A stretch of DNA of 64,000 nucleotides. Source: Hydrolagus colliei (taxonomy: Eukaryota). Of this stretch, positions 11,940 through 24,150 are shown one piece after another; the first letter of the stretch is position 1, and each line of letters opens with the position of its first letter. The stretch is taken from positions 7,502,001 through 7,566,000 of the forward strand of contig CM068751.1 in assembly GCA_035084275.1 (NCBI GenBank), given 5' to 3'. Below the pieces are notes generated by a model. That model was not told the origin of the DNA and did no database searches. It saw only the letters and a program-made list of their open reading frames with translations. The position numbers and the translations under genes are program-made.

Positions 11940-12170
11940 CTTTACCAGTATTTAGGATTGAGATTTCTTCCATTTAAAAAAAATAGTAAATCCTAAAACG
12001 TGAGTCGCAATCTTGAAGTCCCAAATAGCCCAATGCCCGGTTTGCAAATTAAGCATTTTAGACCTCAATGCATCACATCCGACAGCATACACCAGATTAC
12101 TGTTTAAACAATCCGGTTTGACTTTAGTCGAACGTGAAATAGAAAATTGGACGCACTAAAAATATCAAAT
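11940..12170 (-). mobile_element. Possible Penelope-like element GIY-YIG endonuclease relic
   Basis: Stop-free minus translation of 12128-12000, TKVKPDCLNSNLVYAVGCDALRSKMLNLQTGH...KIATH, against the PLE motif SNVVYxxxCxxCxxxYIGxTxRxLxxRxxEH. Confidence 0.4.
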
Positions 12171-13193
12171 GAACACAGCCATGCTGGAAATCCACAACAG
12201 ATCTGAAAGAGAACAATGTCCTAACTTTACAGGCCTGGCTGGCCCTTCCTTCCTGTTTTTATTATTTGTTGAAATGGATTAAGAAGAACTGAGTTACAGA
12301 AATACTAAATCATTCGGAATAACTCTGCGCGCAACCAATAGACTTGAAATCTTTTGCTTTTGTGCACTGTGAATATACTGATGTTAACTGTGCACCGAAA
12401 ATAGCTTGAGGAACTTTTCTTTTTAATTCAAACGTACTAATTCAAAGTTGTTTGACAAAAAGTCCGGATGTGAACAGTACTAAGAAGGCCTCTATATGTT
12501 TCTTTGGGTTTATTTAATGGGACCCTTTTCCCTCCCCCATGTCTGTTTAATCTGTAGAGTTAAAGCTAGGATAGCTACAAATCCTCTTGCCTTGTTAAAC
12601 AAAACTTTTATGATTCAGTCTGAAAGCTTGTCGGAGTCTAGGTTTCTTTTCTCCCTTTTAATTAGATTACTTTAAAATCCATTCTATTTCCTGTTTTATG
12701 TTACCATGGCCTTTTACTATTCCATACTCAACAAATTCCAATGCGTGAACTTTAGCTCTCACTGATACGTGATGCTATCCTGATTCTTGTCTTTAAAACC
12801 ACATGCTTTGCTAGATTGCCAAGTGCCTTAAGACTGCGCAGAGTGGTATTCTACAGGTAATTATCCCTCCCCACCTCCCCCACCCTCCCAGATTTGGTAC
12901 TCTTGATCTCATCTCGCCTGCTTGGGAGGTAAAGTACTCTGCCTGAGGGAGGAGGAAACTCAGAGGGCAAGACAATCCGCAGCACTCTTAATAAACCTTG
13001 CAGCAGCCAGCTTAAGAGGAACATGGGCAGAAGTCTGGGATCAGTCATCTTGCTGACTCTTCATTTGGAAATGAAGCAAAGCATGAATTGGGGGAAGGAA
13101 TGTAAGGCCGTGGTCACAGGCAACTTTTAAAGAGTTCTGAAGTAAATGTGCACTGTAAAATTGTACACAAAGAATGTTTCCCGCGTTGCAAGA

Positions 13194-13286
13194 AATAATC
13201 ATCCTTCCGTTTGATATAGCGCTTTATCACATCTTCAAGACATCTCAAAGCGCTTCACGGAATATAATGCAAAGTGAAGTGACTAT
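13194..13286 (-). mobile_element. SINE family A, 3' fragment
   Basis: ttgatatagcgctttatcacatcttcaagacatctcaaagcgcttcac. Confidence 0.85.
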
Positions 13287-13652
13287 GAATTTAATTCTCC
13301 CAGCCCATCGCAGTAGCACTCACAATTAACTCTGTTCATCACTGCACCAGCACCAGCCACAGTCCAATCCATACAATTATCTTATTATTGTCCAACACAC
13401 ACTGCGTAATCAGGGTTATAATTCCATATAACTTTGACGACAAGGCAAAGAAAAAAGGAAAACAATTCCAATCATTGTTCCTGTATTCCAATTTGGTACA
13501 GAACAGCGGAGAAGCGTAAATCAGCTTAAGAATGCATTTCTGTATTCAACGCATTTTGCTTTACAGTTCCCAAATGACCTCCATCTATCTTCCTTAGCTG
13601 TAGAGGTGTGTAATTGAACCAAGGAAAGAATTGAATAATGAGTCAGAAGAGC

Positions 13653-13717
13653 CATAATTCAGGATGTACAGTACTGTAAAGCTAATGGAATTACAGTACC
13701 CTACATTCTGAATTATG
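13653..13717. repeat. 27-bp inverted repeat (24/27 identity, 11-nt loop), probably a palindromic MITE
   Basis: cataattcaggatgtacagtactgtaa ... ttacagtaccctacattctgaattatg. Confidence 0.8.
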
Positions 13718-15224
13718 ACCAATTTGTCCAGAGAGCTCAATTCTTTAGGGGGTCACTTGGAGATAACCCAGGGTTAAAAATCCAACAGAATGGCATAAAG
13801 TAGTAGGATTCAGCTTCCCTGCAGACTGAGTTCTTGTTTGGTGCTATCCTGTCTGAAGCAAGTTGAAGTGAGATGGTTTCTCAGGGGGACTGAAGGGTGA
13901 GTGAGTGAATCCAGCCTCGCTCAAATGCACCTTAGGGTCTTTTTGGAAGTTACCATTGCCACGTTTACTAGGTATGTGAGATAATTTTGCACCAGTTTCC
14001 TGTTAGACTGAAAGAGAACTAACTACAGATTAGACTAGCTCCTGGCAGTTGAAAACTGGAGTAGGGGAAACGGTCTTAAATTTAAATAAAAATGAGCATC
14101 ACAATTTTCGGAAAGAATAGAAAGACGTGTTGATTTGGAATATCAAAAGTTTTTAAAGTGACGTAATGTTCATAGAAAATTATTTCGCAAATCTTTTCTT
14201 TCGGAAACAGACAACGCGATGTAATGCTCACTGATAATGACAGAGATTTTGTTCTGTGGATGTAGTAGGAAATCCTATTAAAATCATTGGAAGGAAAGTT
14301 GACCAAGGTTAGCAAACAGCAAATGTGTAAATATGGTGTAAATCATGTCAAGATAAGATCAGCACTTCGCTTGTTTATCATGTCAATCTGCCCAAACACA
14401 CATGCCTGGTCATGAAGACAGCAGCCTCTTCAAAACGGGAATCACCTATTAATGTTCCATGTTTAATTAATCAGCTGCCCACCACATAAGTACATAAATC
14501 CATCAGCCTTGATAATATTTAGGCCATAAGCTACAGAGTGAATCCTGCAAGTTACAACCTTCAGTATACTGCACATGGAAGGCATTTCTATTGTTCTTCT
14601 GCTTCCTACTACAAAGACACAGTTGCAGGTTTGGAAATCGACTTGATTTAGATTGTGACAGTTTGAATGGTCGCACGGGCAATAGGAAGTCAATGAGCTC
14701 TCAACATAAATTGACAGAATAATCTGTAGCACATATTCAGGTGAGTGGATACTTCAACTGATTTTGTGGGGCCTTGTGTATTTAATGATGATACGCCTCT
14801 GGTCTAATTTGAGATTGTGCCTCCTAATCTCTCTAGAATGAATTTAAACTAAACACACTAGATTTCAGTTACAGTTCTCCTACATATGAAATGCATTTTA
14901 CTGAAAACTGATTTTAAACTGAAAAAGATCTTTTCATTTGACTTTGAGTCCTTCAAAAAGCTTCTGCAAACTGTTAGCATTTAAAATTGGGCTGATCTAC
15001 TTCTCGGGGATAATTGTTTAGGAATGCAATCGAAATAGTGAAGCTCAATGTGATCCTTGGAGTCTTGATCCATAATCAACCGGAGACATTAGTTTGATTA
15101 CATTGCCATGGTATTTTAATCCTTTAATTTCCTACACAGACAACTGACAAATGTATTCTCTGAACAAAACGGAAAATCGCTTTCCTTAATAATAAATAGA
15201 TAACTACGTACTCTAAAAGGTGTC

Positions 15225-15590
15225 AGATTGGTTTGTGCCTCTAATTCAGAAAGTAGTGGGTTGAAGCCATGGTCAGGATTTGAATTTACAATCCAGGCTG
15301 AAGCTCCAGTGAAGTCCCAGGGGAATGCCACATTCATAGAGGTGCCATCCTTTGGATGCAATATTGAAGCAAGGTCCCATTTACCCAGCCAACAATTCCC
15401 CAGATAAAATAGATCATACACTTCATGACTGTTTGTGGGATATAGCGACGTACAAATATGCTGCCACAATCACACAGGCACCACACTTTCCGGAAAGTTT
15501 GTGAAGCATTTGTAGGTGGTCTCAACATTATTAGCGCCTTGGGATGTCCTCCTGATGTGAAAGGCACTATACAAGTGTAATTTTGTTGTT
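15225..15590 (+). mobile_element. SINE family B (SacSINE1/Deu-like) ending in an L2-type (TTG)n tail
   Basis: Degenerate tRNA head, atccaggctga..ctccagtg block, Deu-like ctgtttgtggga...caaatatgctgcc, tail gcgccttgggatgtcctcctgatgtgaaaggc; related copies at 56388 and 63230. Confidence 0.65.
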
Positions 15591-15718
15591 ATTATATACT
15601 CTATCAAGCACAGTATAATCATCATTATGATTATTATTCTAATCAATTGAAGATTTATCCAACGACTTTTGCTCAAAAACTTATGTGAGTGGATCCAAGA
15701 CTTGTATGTACAGAATGG

Positions 15719-15801
15719 CAACAACAACAAAATTACATTTGTATAGTGCCTTTCACGTCAGGAGGATGTCCCAAGGCCCTGGACAGTTATTGATTCAGAC
15801 C
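15719..15801 (-). mobile_element. L2 LINE 3' tail
   Basis: (caa)n aaattacatttgtatagtgcctttcacgtcaggaggatgtcccaagg; same end as the L2 copies at 30313 and 44783. Confidence 0.85.
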
Positions 15802-16406
15802 AAAATCAAAAGGCGAAATCAGGTTCTTGGTTTATTTTCTCAGCCCTGGTAGAAAATAGCATAGGGTGAGCAGAATCAATCCAGCTTCCTGCTCTATATC
15901 ACTATACTGCTGGGAGCAAACCTTTTCCCTTCTGGCAGTACAATTGCACCATTTATTTAATTTTGAAACTCTGACCCTAAGCGCATTACACTTAGAATTG
16001 TCCCGTTGAATTTGGAGGGGAGAGTGTTATATTAAGAAAGGTAGCTCGAAAGTATTACGATGTTGTAACCTTTTGTTAGCTGGGAGACCAGGTTTTTAAT
16101 CCATGTATGTGTGTTTGATCTCTCAGTGTTCATCTGAGACCTGGTAATACTAGCAGTCTCTCCAGGGATTTTTGACAACAGGATATTTCAAAGTTTGAGT
16201 CCTGACTTCTGCAAACCGAATTAACTATATTGGGAGGGTAAGATGCTTGTTTAAACCTATTTTGGACAATTTTTTTTCATCTTTTTAAAAGTTCAACTGC
16301 AAGTTATGAAAATAGCATAGAAAGGGAATGTACACAGCCTTACTGTGCAGTTTGTAGAGTCAATCAATATAAAAGACAAAATAATTTTTTTCTGCTTTGA
16401 AAATTA

Positions 16407-16454
16407 TCCTGACGTGAAAGGCGCTTTACAAATGTAATTTTGTCGTTGTTGTTG
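16407..16454 (+). mobile_element. L2 3' tail, very short
   Basis: tcctgacgtgaaaggcgctttacaaatgtaattttgtcgttgttgttg. Confidence 0.8.
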
Positions 16455-16615
16455 TATTGCAAAACCACACTACACGTAATTCTTTTAGGTTTGAAGCATC
16501 TCCATTCAACAGAAGAGGCTTGGAATAGGATTAAATCCTAACCATCACTGCCCCATTAATTAAATAGCACTGCTTCCCGAGTTTGATGTGTACTGGACAA
16601 CTATATTTATGATAT

Positions 16616-16720
16616 TAATCATAATCCTTACATTAGGTGAAGCGCCTTTCACTTTGAGTGGACGTCTCAAAGCGCTTCCCGGGACATATTGCAAAATGCA
16701 GTGACTATGTGTTAGTGAAA
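16616..16720 (-). mobile_element. SINE A-like tail, diverged
   Basis: ataatccttacatt...gacgtctcaaagcgcttc. Confidence 0.65.
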
Positions 16721-17341
16721 TGCTTCAGTCAAAAAATCACTCTCTTAAGGATGCCAAATTCATAATGCCACACCGGGCAATATTAATAGCAAATGTGCAC
16801 ACTGGAAGAATCTATAAGTAAGAAGCTAGCAGTAGAAACTGGACAGTACTTCTTAAATGAAAGGTGATATGTATTATAATTGCATTGTTAATCACGGTTG
16901 GTAACTAAGGTTTACTAAGATGTTTCAATATTGGGAATAGAATGAGGATATTAAATATTTTCCTCACAAGACAGGTACAAACAATAGAAACTTGTATCAT
17001 TATTTCCATTAAATAATTAAGGTAAAAGGACTCATTTAAAGTGTACTCATCAGTGCTTTAAGTGTATCTATTGTTTTCATCATAAAAATTCTAATACTTT
17101 AAAGTGACATTGATTTCATCTTGAATCAAATATGCTATTTACTTGCCAAGGGTTATCTCAGTTCTACTTGGCATCTCTGAGAGAAATTTGCACGAACCTA
17201 TCAGTGGATTTGTGATCACTGCCGAGAACTGTCTAATCAAAAGACATTTGCTTGCCAATATCCATGTTTTTTCCCAAGAATTGCAAACTATACTACGGCA
17301 AAGAGTGAATGGATTACCCTGCATTCTGTCTTTAGCGTTCC

Positions 17342-17708
17342 AGCGCCTTGGGGCATTCTCCCGACGTGAATAATAATAATAATCCATGCATTTGATATAC
17401 AGCTTTTCACGTCTTCTAAATGTCTCAAAGCGCTTCACAGAATATTCTGTAAAGCGAATTGACGTATGTTTCACCCAATATATGTGGGTGAAACACAAAG
17501 CAGCCAATTGCATACAGCAGTGTCCCACAAACAGTCTTTGTTTTTTTGAGGGATTATTATTAGGCATGTGGAGTAAGGAAACTTGCCCATGGTTTTGCCC
17601 TGCCTGGAATTGAACCCAGATCTCTCGCTTGTAAATTGAGTGCTCTAACCACTGAGCTACAGGATTATAGTGAAAGGCGCTATACAAATGCAATTTTATT
17701 GTTGTTTA
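17342..17708 (+). mobile_element. L2 3' tail split by a SINE A insertion
   Basis: agcgccttggggcattctcccgacGTGAA (17342-17370) resumes as GTGAAaggcgctatacaaatgcaatttt (from 17670). Confidence 0.8.
17371..17665 (-). mobile_element. SINE family A, near full length
   Basis: Tail, core and tRNA head (tcctgtagctcagtggttagagcac on minus); accounts for much of ORF 17139..17693. Confidence 0.92.
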
Positions 17709-18509
17709 TTTGTGGCTTGCTCTCTATTTGCTGCTCTTAATGCAGTTAGTTTCAAAAGAGCACAACGCATTAATATTGTATTGTCCACGATGTGAATGAT
17801 TAAACAGATTCCAATGCTTGTTTAGCTGCATTCTAGATGGTGTTTATTCAGACATCATGTACAAGATAAATAGACATGGATTAAGTGTGTATTAGGAGAG
17901 GTGAAAATAATTTAGTGTGGTTGCCTGCCAGACTGCTGTCGTTTCTAAATTGCCTGGAGCTACATGATTTGGGCAACATACAACATGAAAGGTATTTAAA
18001 TAGACCTGATAGTTCTCCAGCTGGGGTTCATTTAAGCTTTTGTGACTAAAAGATGATTACATTTTGTGACCATTTTTACAAAGAAATAAAAGGCCTATAA
18101 ATGAGAAGTTAATGATGGAAAGCCCTGTCCGACTGTAAAAATCAATTAACTGAATCTAAGAAGTACTCAAACCAATGTCCTTCTGAAGGGCCTGGAAACA
18201 TTCAGAACCTAAGGATTGCGCTTGCTGTAAATGTAGACATCTGCATTGTTTGGGGGATTTTGTTGATTTTGACAAAAGTCTGCAGCCCTTTCAGCTAAGC
18301 AATGGAGTTCTGGAAGAAACTCATTGTTTGCGCTCCTGGTTTCACTTTACATTAATCATGGTGGGGGGTGGGGGGGGAACATATCTAGTTGGAAACGTAA
18401 ATGAAAATAAGTATATGTTGATTTATCGGTTGTGAGTTCAACTGGTTAATGAAAATAGATCGTTTGAACAAAAAAAGGGCTTTTGAGCAGAAATTGGTCA
18501 GAAGCTAAA

Positions 18510-18970
18510 ATAGAACATAAGGATGCAAAGAACAGAAGTGTGTTTAGCCCACCAAGCCTGCTCCTTCCACACACAAAATCTAAAAAAGTAAAAGACAGAT
18601 TCTACTGACCCTTATTCAATATGCTGAGGCAACATCCTATAAAAATTGTCTATGGACCTTGTAGACTCTGTAATATTCATCCACTGTAATGTTTAACATC
18701 GATATGCACCCCTCCCCCATATAAAGAACACAGGAGATGTGGTGTCCAATGCAGTCCTTAATTATCTCCATTGCATACAAGCTATGTCACCTCCAATCCT
18801 GTGCCCAACCAGATACTGTGTTTATCTGGTTTAATTCACTGTATTTATCCACCTCCAGTTTGTGACAGAGATAACTAACTGAATTGCTTTTGCAGTTTTA
18901 CAACTCTCTATTTAAAAAAATCTAATTTGTAGTTCCACTTGAAGCTTGTTAATGTTAAATCAGTGTGCTG
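18510..18970 (-). mobile_element. Old CR1-type LINE 3' fragments
   Basis: agaacataag...tttagcccaccaagcctgctcc tail-like block, with downstream tatttatccacctcc and caactctctatttaaaaaaa blocks. Confidence 0.4.
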
Positions 18971-20530
18971 TTTCTGTAAGCAATTTGATTACAAAAACAA
19001 CAGGCCTTCAGCAGACTTAGACTCGAATTAAGTCTCCCTCCCTCAATCGTTGCTTTTCCAGTGGGAAGTCTCTGCTCATAAAATAGAAGCCAAACTCCAC
19101 ATTCTGTGCTTTTCTCTAACCCACACTGATACAACCGTGTTTCTAAGATGGAATACCTTTAATTACACACAGTATTCAAAATGTGGCTTCAGTATTGCTC
19201 GATACAAATTCACAGACATATCAAATGCTATTCAGATATTTCATTAAGTATGTTGATAACAATTTCACACTGACTGAAAAACTTCATAAATCAGCAGCAA
19301 TCTCACCCAAATCCTTTTCCTTCTCCGTTTTTGCTAATTGGCATCCCTTCCTCGTGTATATATAAATCCCATGAAATGCTTTGAGGCCTCCTACTCTTGC
19401 CATGAAAGTTGCTGTATCATCTTCTATTTATTTATAGATTGATCATCGAGGGTAGGTAACAAATATAAAGACAATAGAAACTTTTGATAAGATGCAAGCA
19501 CATGAGGAAAAAGAGCTATGGAATAGGGGACATATTTAAGGTTGATAAATACAAAGTAATACAGAGCTCCAGTGATCGATGTTTGGGGGGAGATTTCAGT
19601 TTTATTTTAATCCTGTGAGATAATGTCCTACTCCCGTGAGTAGGTCGATAATGCTTTTGTGATTTTGGAGTAATTACAGGGTTACTGATTAAATAAATAC
19701 CCAAATGAAATGCTGTTAATGATATGCATCTGCAATCTCCCATATTCAATATAATGTATAACATAATAATTTTACGATAGAGAATTTGGAGATTAGCTTG
19801 ATCTCTTTTAACTAACGTTGTTTCTTTTGCTTAATAAAGTAAAAGACAGAACTATCTTCTTGTGATACTGTCAAACCCCCTCTGCAATACAGATGATTTC
19901 AACTTTGCACCATGTTATGTCTGACTGGTTTATAAATGTGCAGTTGTAACTTTCATTGGTTTAGACTTCCCTGCTGGCTCCTGACCTTATACACAAATTA
20001 AATCAAGCCCTGTCAATTCTCCAAACACAACATAAATATCAAATCAGTGTGGACTTTTGTGTTCAATTGCACTTTCATACCAGAGTTTTCAGTTTCCTGT
20101 TATATGGGCTGCGAGTTTATATTCTTTGGGTTGTTGATTGTATTAATGCTGCGATTACGTTTAATGTGGGAGTCATTTTTTTTGCTGTTCTCCAATTGAG
20201 AGTGGCTGATATTTTCACCTGCAGTGGCACTAGCATAGTTCTATCAGAGATTACTGCTGACATGCATTCCAGCAGAAAATTGCTATGGCTTGTATGGGAG
20301 TGGAATGTTGCTAATTGCAGCATTTTAAAGTAGATGTAAATTTCCTTTCTTCCGTCCTGTATTGCTCAATCCGTCATCTCCATAACAGCATACAGCAAAA
20401 AAAGAATGCTTTGAGCAACGGTAAATACACAGGTGGTTCTTATGTATTTACAGTTAATGCAGCTTTGATGTAAGGGTGTCATACCCTTTAAATAAAAGCA
20501 CAAATATCATTGAAGTTTGGTAGATAGATG

Positions 20531-20647
20531 CTTCGTCCACAAAATATACAGTAAATTAACATTACAGTATATTCTGTGAAGCACTTTGAGATACCTCAAA
20601 GACATGATAAGGGGCTATATAATAAAGGCAAGGATTATTACTATTAT
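20531..20647 (+). mobile_element. SINE family A, 3' fragment
   Basis: ccacaaaatatacagt...ctgtgaagcactttgaga...gcaaggattattactattatt. Confidence 0.85.
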
Positions 20648-20799
20648 TTGCTTTGTTAAAAAAAATATTTTTGTTTTTGCTCCACTTCCCTCCTCATGGA
20701 AAAGCCCTGTTTGAATATGTTGATTATCACATCACCTCCTGCATTTTTTCCCCCCCGCTTATTTCTTTAAGTATTTCTTTACTTCTCTTCAAACCCATC

Positions 20800-21120
20800 G
20801 AGTTTTTATCAAACCATATTTGAGGAGTCGTGATGTGCTCAATTTGTTGGATTTCAACGAGCAACTGAGAACTGAGTTTGCAGTTCGCTCTCAGTGTTCT
20901 GCAACCTCACAGCAAGTGAGAAATCACAGTTTCTTTCAAATGGGATGTTTTACTCGTTTATATTTCAGACCTAATCCATTCCCTGTACTTTCCTACATGC
21001 TGTTCAGCACTAGCTGATCAACTTACCAGCAAAAATGAGTTGAAGCAGATTCGAAAAACCTTCTGCAGCGTTTGGAATGAGTACTCTTCCTGCTGTGCAT
21101 ACCGTGGGGAACTTGCATTG
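20800..21120 (+). mobile_element. Possible decayed Crypton-like coding relic
   Basis: YLRSRDVLNLLDFNEQLRTEFAVR and, in another frame, SKNELKQIRKTFCSVWNEYSSCCAYRGE resemble the Crypton VW...F.RG.E segment; judged by eye. Confidence 0.2.
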
Positions 21121-21896
21121 TGTTGTGGACCTTTGATAGATATGCTTGTTTAAAATCCTTGTGTCAGCAAACTGCAGAAAGCAGTAGCAAGTATATGTAT
21201 AGCTAAAGATATAATGGAAGGCACTTGAATGCCATTTATTCTAAAATCATAAGTAAAATCATTGTTTTCTATATTTAGTTAGATATTTTACATTATTGTT
21301 TGAAGTTGTTTTTCCCATTGACCCCTGTCTGCCCTCCACAATTTCGCCAGGTCACTAACAGTAGTATGTGTAATCACCCACACCAAAGCTGACTGCTAGA
21401 AAATGCACTAAAATACTCAGGGATAGCTGTTCTTTTACTTCCTCCTCCCTCTCTCTTTCTCCCACTCACCCTCTGCCAACTCATTGGAATGGCTTGCTTG
21501 TTCACAAGCATCGCATGCCCATATCTCCATAATGACTCACTTGAGATTGGGAATTTAGAAGCATAGAGGATTCAAGTGCTACTATTTAGCAGCAACATTT
21601 CAAATCACTGCCTCGCTGTTTTTTGTTTATTATAAGTTCACAAGTTGTCATTGAAGTATTTGTGACCTATATATATGATTTACTGCAATGTAAATCTTGA
21701 GAACGTTGATACCTAAACCTGCACAAGGATAACTTAAAAGCAATGCCTTCCAGTGCGTTTAAATAAAAGCTGCCACTAATTCTTGAATTCATCTAAAACG
21801 TTATGACATTATCAATGATAGACAATATATTTTCATCAGACTGGTGATATTTGTGCTGATGTTCTGGCCTTCTAATATTTTGTTTCTAATACTTTC

Positions 21897-21992
21897 TAAT
21901 ACAGTCAATTTGCTTTACAGTGCATTCTGTAAAGCTCTTTGAGACGCCTAGAAGATGTGAAAAGCGACATATCAAATGCAAGCATTATTGTT
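21897..21992 (+). mobile_element. SINE family A, 3' fragment
   Basis: atacagtcaatttgctttacagt...gacgcctagaagatgtgaaaagcga. Confidence 0.85.
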
Positions 21993-23319
21993 AGATTATT
22001 AGTTTTATGTTCTTGAACATTTTGATGATTCCTATGAAGTACTTTCTTTGCACTTTGCATCAAATGTAAGAACCATTATCTTTCTTCATTTGTTATCACT
22101 ACTCTAGTTACCTCCAAAGTATTTTGACCAGATCTGATAATATACATTTAGAAACAATTTACCATCTTATCGTCTTGCAGTAAAGTTTGGTCATGTTGAG
22201 CTAGTTTGCTTCCGTCATTGCTGAAATTGGTCCTTTGAATCTTTGCCATAAATTCAGGGATTCCCTTGTAATCCTTCCCACAGCATTAGCTGTACCTGGA
22301 TGAACCCCAGCTGCAGATGTGCACAAACCCTGGATCTATCTAGTTGAGCACAGGATACTATTAGATGAAGATTTGACCTATGTCACAATACATCATCTCA
22401 CACAACCCGGGAGATCAATAATGATGAATATGTTATCCTAATACTTCCGCAGTGACTAACCGGATCGTTTTATTTTACACGTTTGTTCAGTTGAAACATT
22501 TTGTTTTGAGCATCACAAGGTATCTCTTCGGAAAAGAAAATAAATTGTTTAATAGTCATTTTATTTGAAAACCTTAAATGAAAACCTGAGTTTCTCTGTC
22601 TCTTCAAAAGTAAATATTCTGCAATTCGGATGAAACCTCCGGCTCAAGCAATTTTCAAGAAAAAAACAGTAGTTGATTGATCACCTAATGTTACATTTCC
22701 CCCTCAAACATTTGATGTGAACTTGATTTATATAATAGGGAGCTAGTGGATCATGGCAACATCAGCCTTAAGTTGCCTGATACAGTATCAGTAGCCTGGT
22801 GATTACGTTCTAATGAGTTCTTTGAGGAACTTGTAGAATAAAGCAGCTTTGGCTCCTGATAAAAAAAGGTCCATTCTTGTAATAATATTTGTGAAAGCAA
22901 CACATAGTGGGACACCAATTGAGAACAAATTGATGGGACACACTCGAAGGTGTTTCAATAAACTCGACTATGAGCCATTCAGTCAGCAAAGGCTGATTTC
23001 AGTCACCATCTGTCCACTGCATTAGTGAACACTAAAGGACTCATATTGGTGAGAGAGACGTCCCATGGGTAAGTGCTTCCTAAACATGAACCTAAGCAAT
23101 AAAGGATATGTAGCATTACCAGTTTAGATAATGGAATTGCAACAACCTCACCCACAACAGGTTCTTACAATCATAAAAGAATGAGGTGAAAGGGTTAGTT
23201 ATAGGCATGTATCTGCAAATGAATCAATGTAGCTACTCACACATTAGATTCTGCGATTTTTTTTAGACCCATTTGCATTTATTTTGTTATATTTACACTA
23301 CAATATACAATTTTCCAGG

Positions 23320-23500
23320 GTCAGTGGAGGGTCAAGTGCTGGAACGAGGACAGATTTGGCAGAGGTTACCAGGAACTGGTGGATTTCCACCTCCCAACCT
23401 TGAGTTCTTGAGGCCAATTGAAGCCAACCGTTGTCCCGATTGAGATCAGTTAACTGAACAGACTGGGTCTTCAACCCACGACCTTCTGGGCTTTATGTAT
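23320..23500 (-). mobile_element. Old SINE family C, 5' half
   Basis: tgaggccaattgaagcc...ttgagatcagttaactgaacagactggg...acccacgaccttctgg. Confidence 0.55.
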
Positions 23501-23780
23501 TTGTGCCATTTTAGACACTTTCTTTATCGACATGTCCATCATGAAAGATTTAACCCTTGAATTGCAATCACAAAACGGATGTGATTTCTGATCAGGAATC
23601 GGGTGGAGTTCTGAGCACTGCTTGGGTAGAGCTGTGAGCAGAGCTGTGTGCAATGCAAAAAAAAAAGTCCCCATCATTAACCATGACGCAAAGCATCTTG
23701 GTGTTTGATTTCCTTGAATTATAGTATGGTGTCAAAATGCATTACTTAATAACAGAGTATCTGCCCTGACTGGCAAACAG

Positions 23781-23864
23781 AAAATATACAGTCAATTCAG
23801 TGTGTTCCGCAAAGTTCTTTGAGACGTCTCGAAGACGTGATAAGGCGCTATATCAAATGCAAGG
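23781..23864 (+). mobile_element. SINE family A, 3' fragment with an internal deletion
   Basis: aaatatacagtcaattca...gagacgtctcgaagacgtgataaggcgctatatcaaatgcaagga. Confidence 0.85.
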
Positions 23865-24057
23865 AATCAAACTTTTCTATTGGCATAAAAATTAGTATGA
23901 AGGGTGGATCCTATGAATTCCCACTCCACAATATTGGCTTGGCAGAATATTAAGTAGTTGAGGTCCCATAACATGAAAAAGTAGAGGTTAATCCTAAAAA
24001 TTTTTAGGTTTTAGGTTTTGTTATATTCGTGTCTTCTGGCACCAGCTTATGAACAGA

Positions 24058-24150
24058 TACATAAAAGTACATGGAGCCTTAGAACAGGGAAATAGTTCTA
24101 TTCAGCCCAACAAGTCCTTACCAGTGTTTATGCTTCATGCAAGCCTCCAA
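24058..24150 (-). mobile_element. CR1-type 3' tail fragment
   Basis: tattcagcccaacaagtccttaccagtgtttatgcttcatgcaagcctcc, a typical shark CR1 3' UTR on the reverse strand. Confidence 0.55.

Noticed and set aside
17139-17693. Longest ORF (184 aa) as a gene
   Set aside because: Composed largely of an L2 tail and a nested SINE A
23993-24008. 16-bp palindrome cctaaaaatttttagg
   Set aside because: Low-complexity A/T runs, plausible by chance
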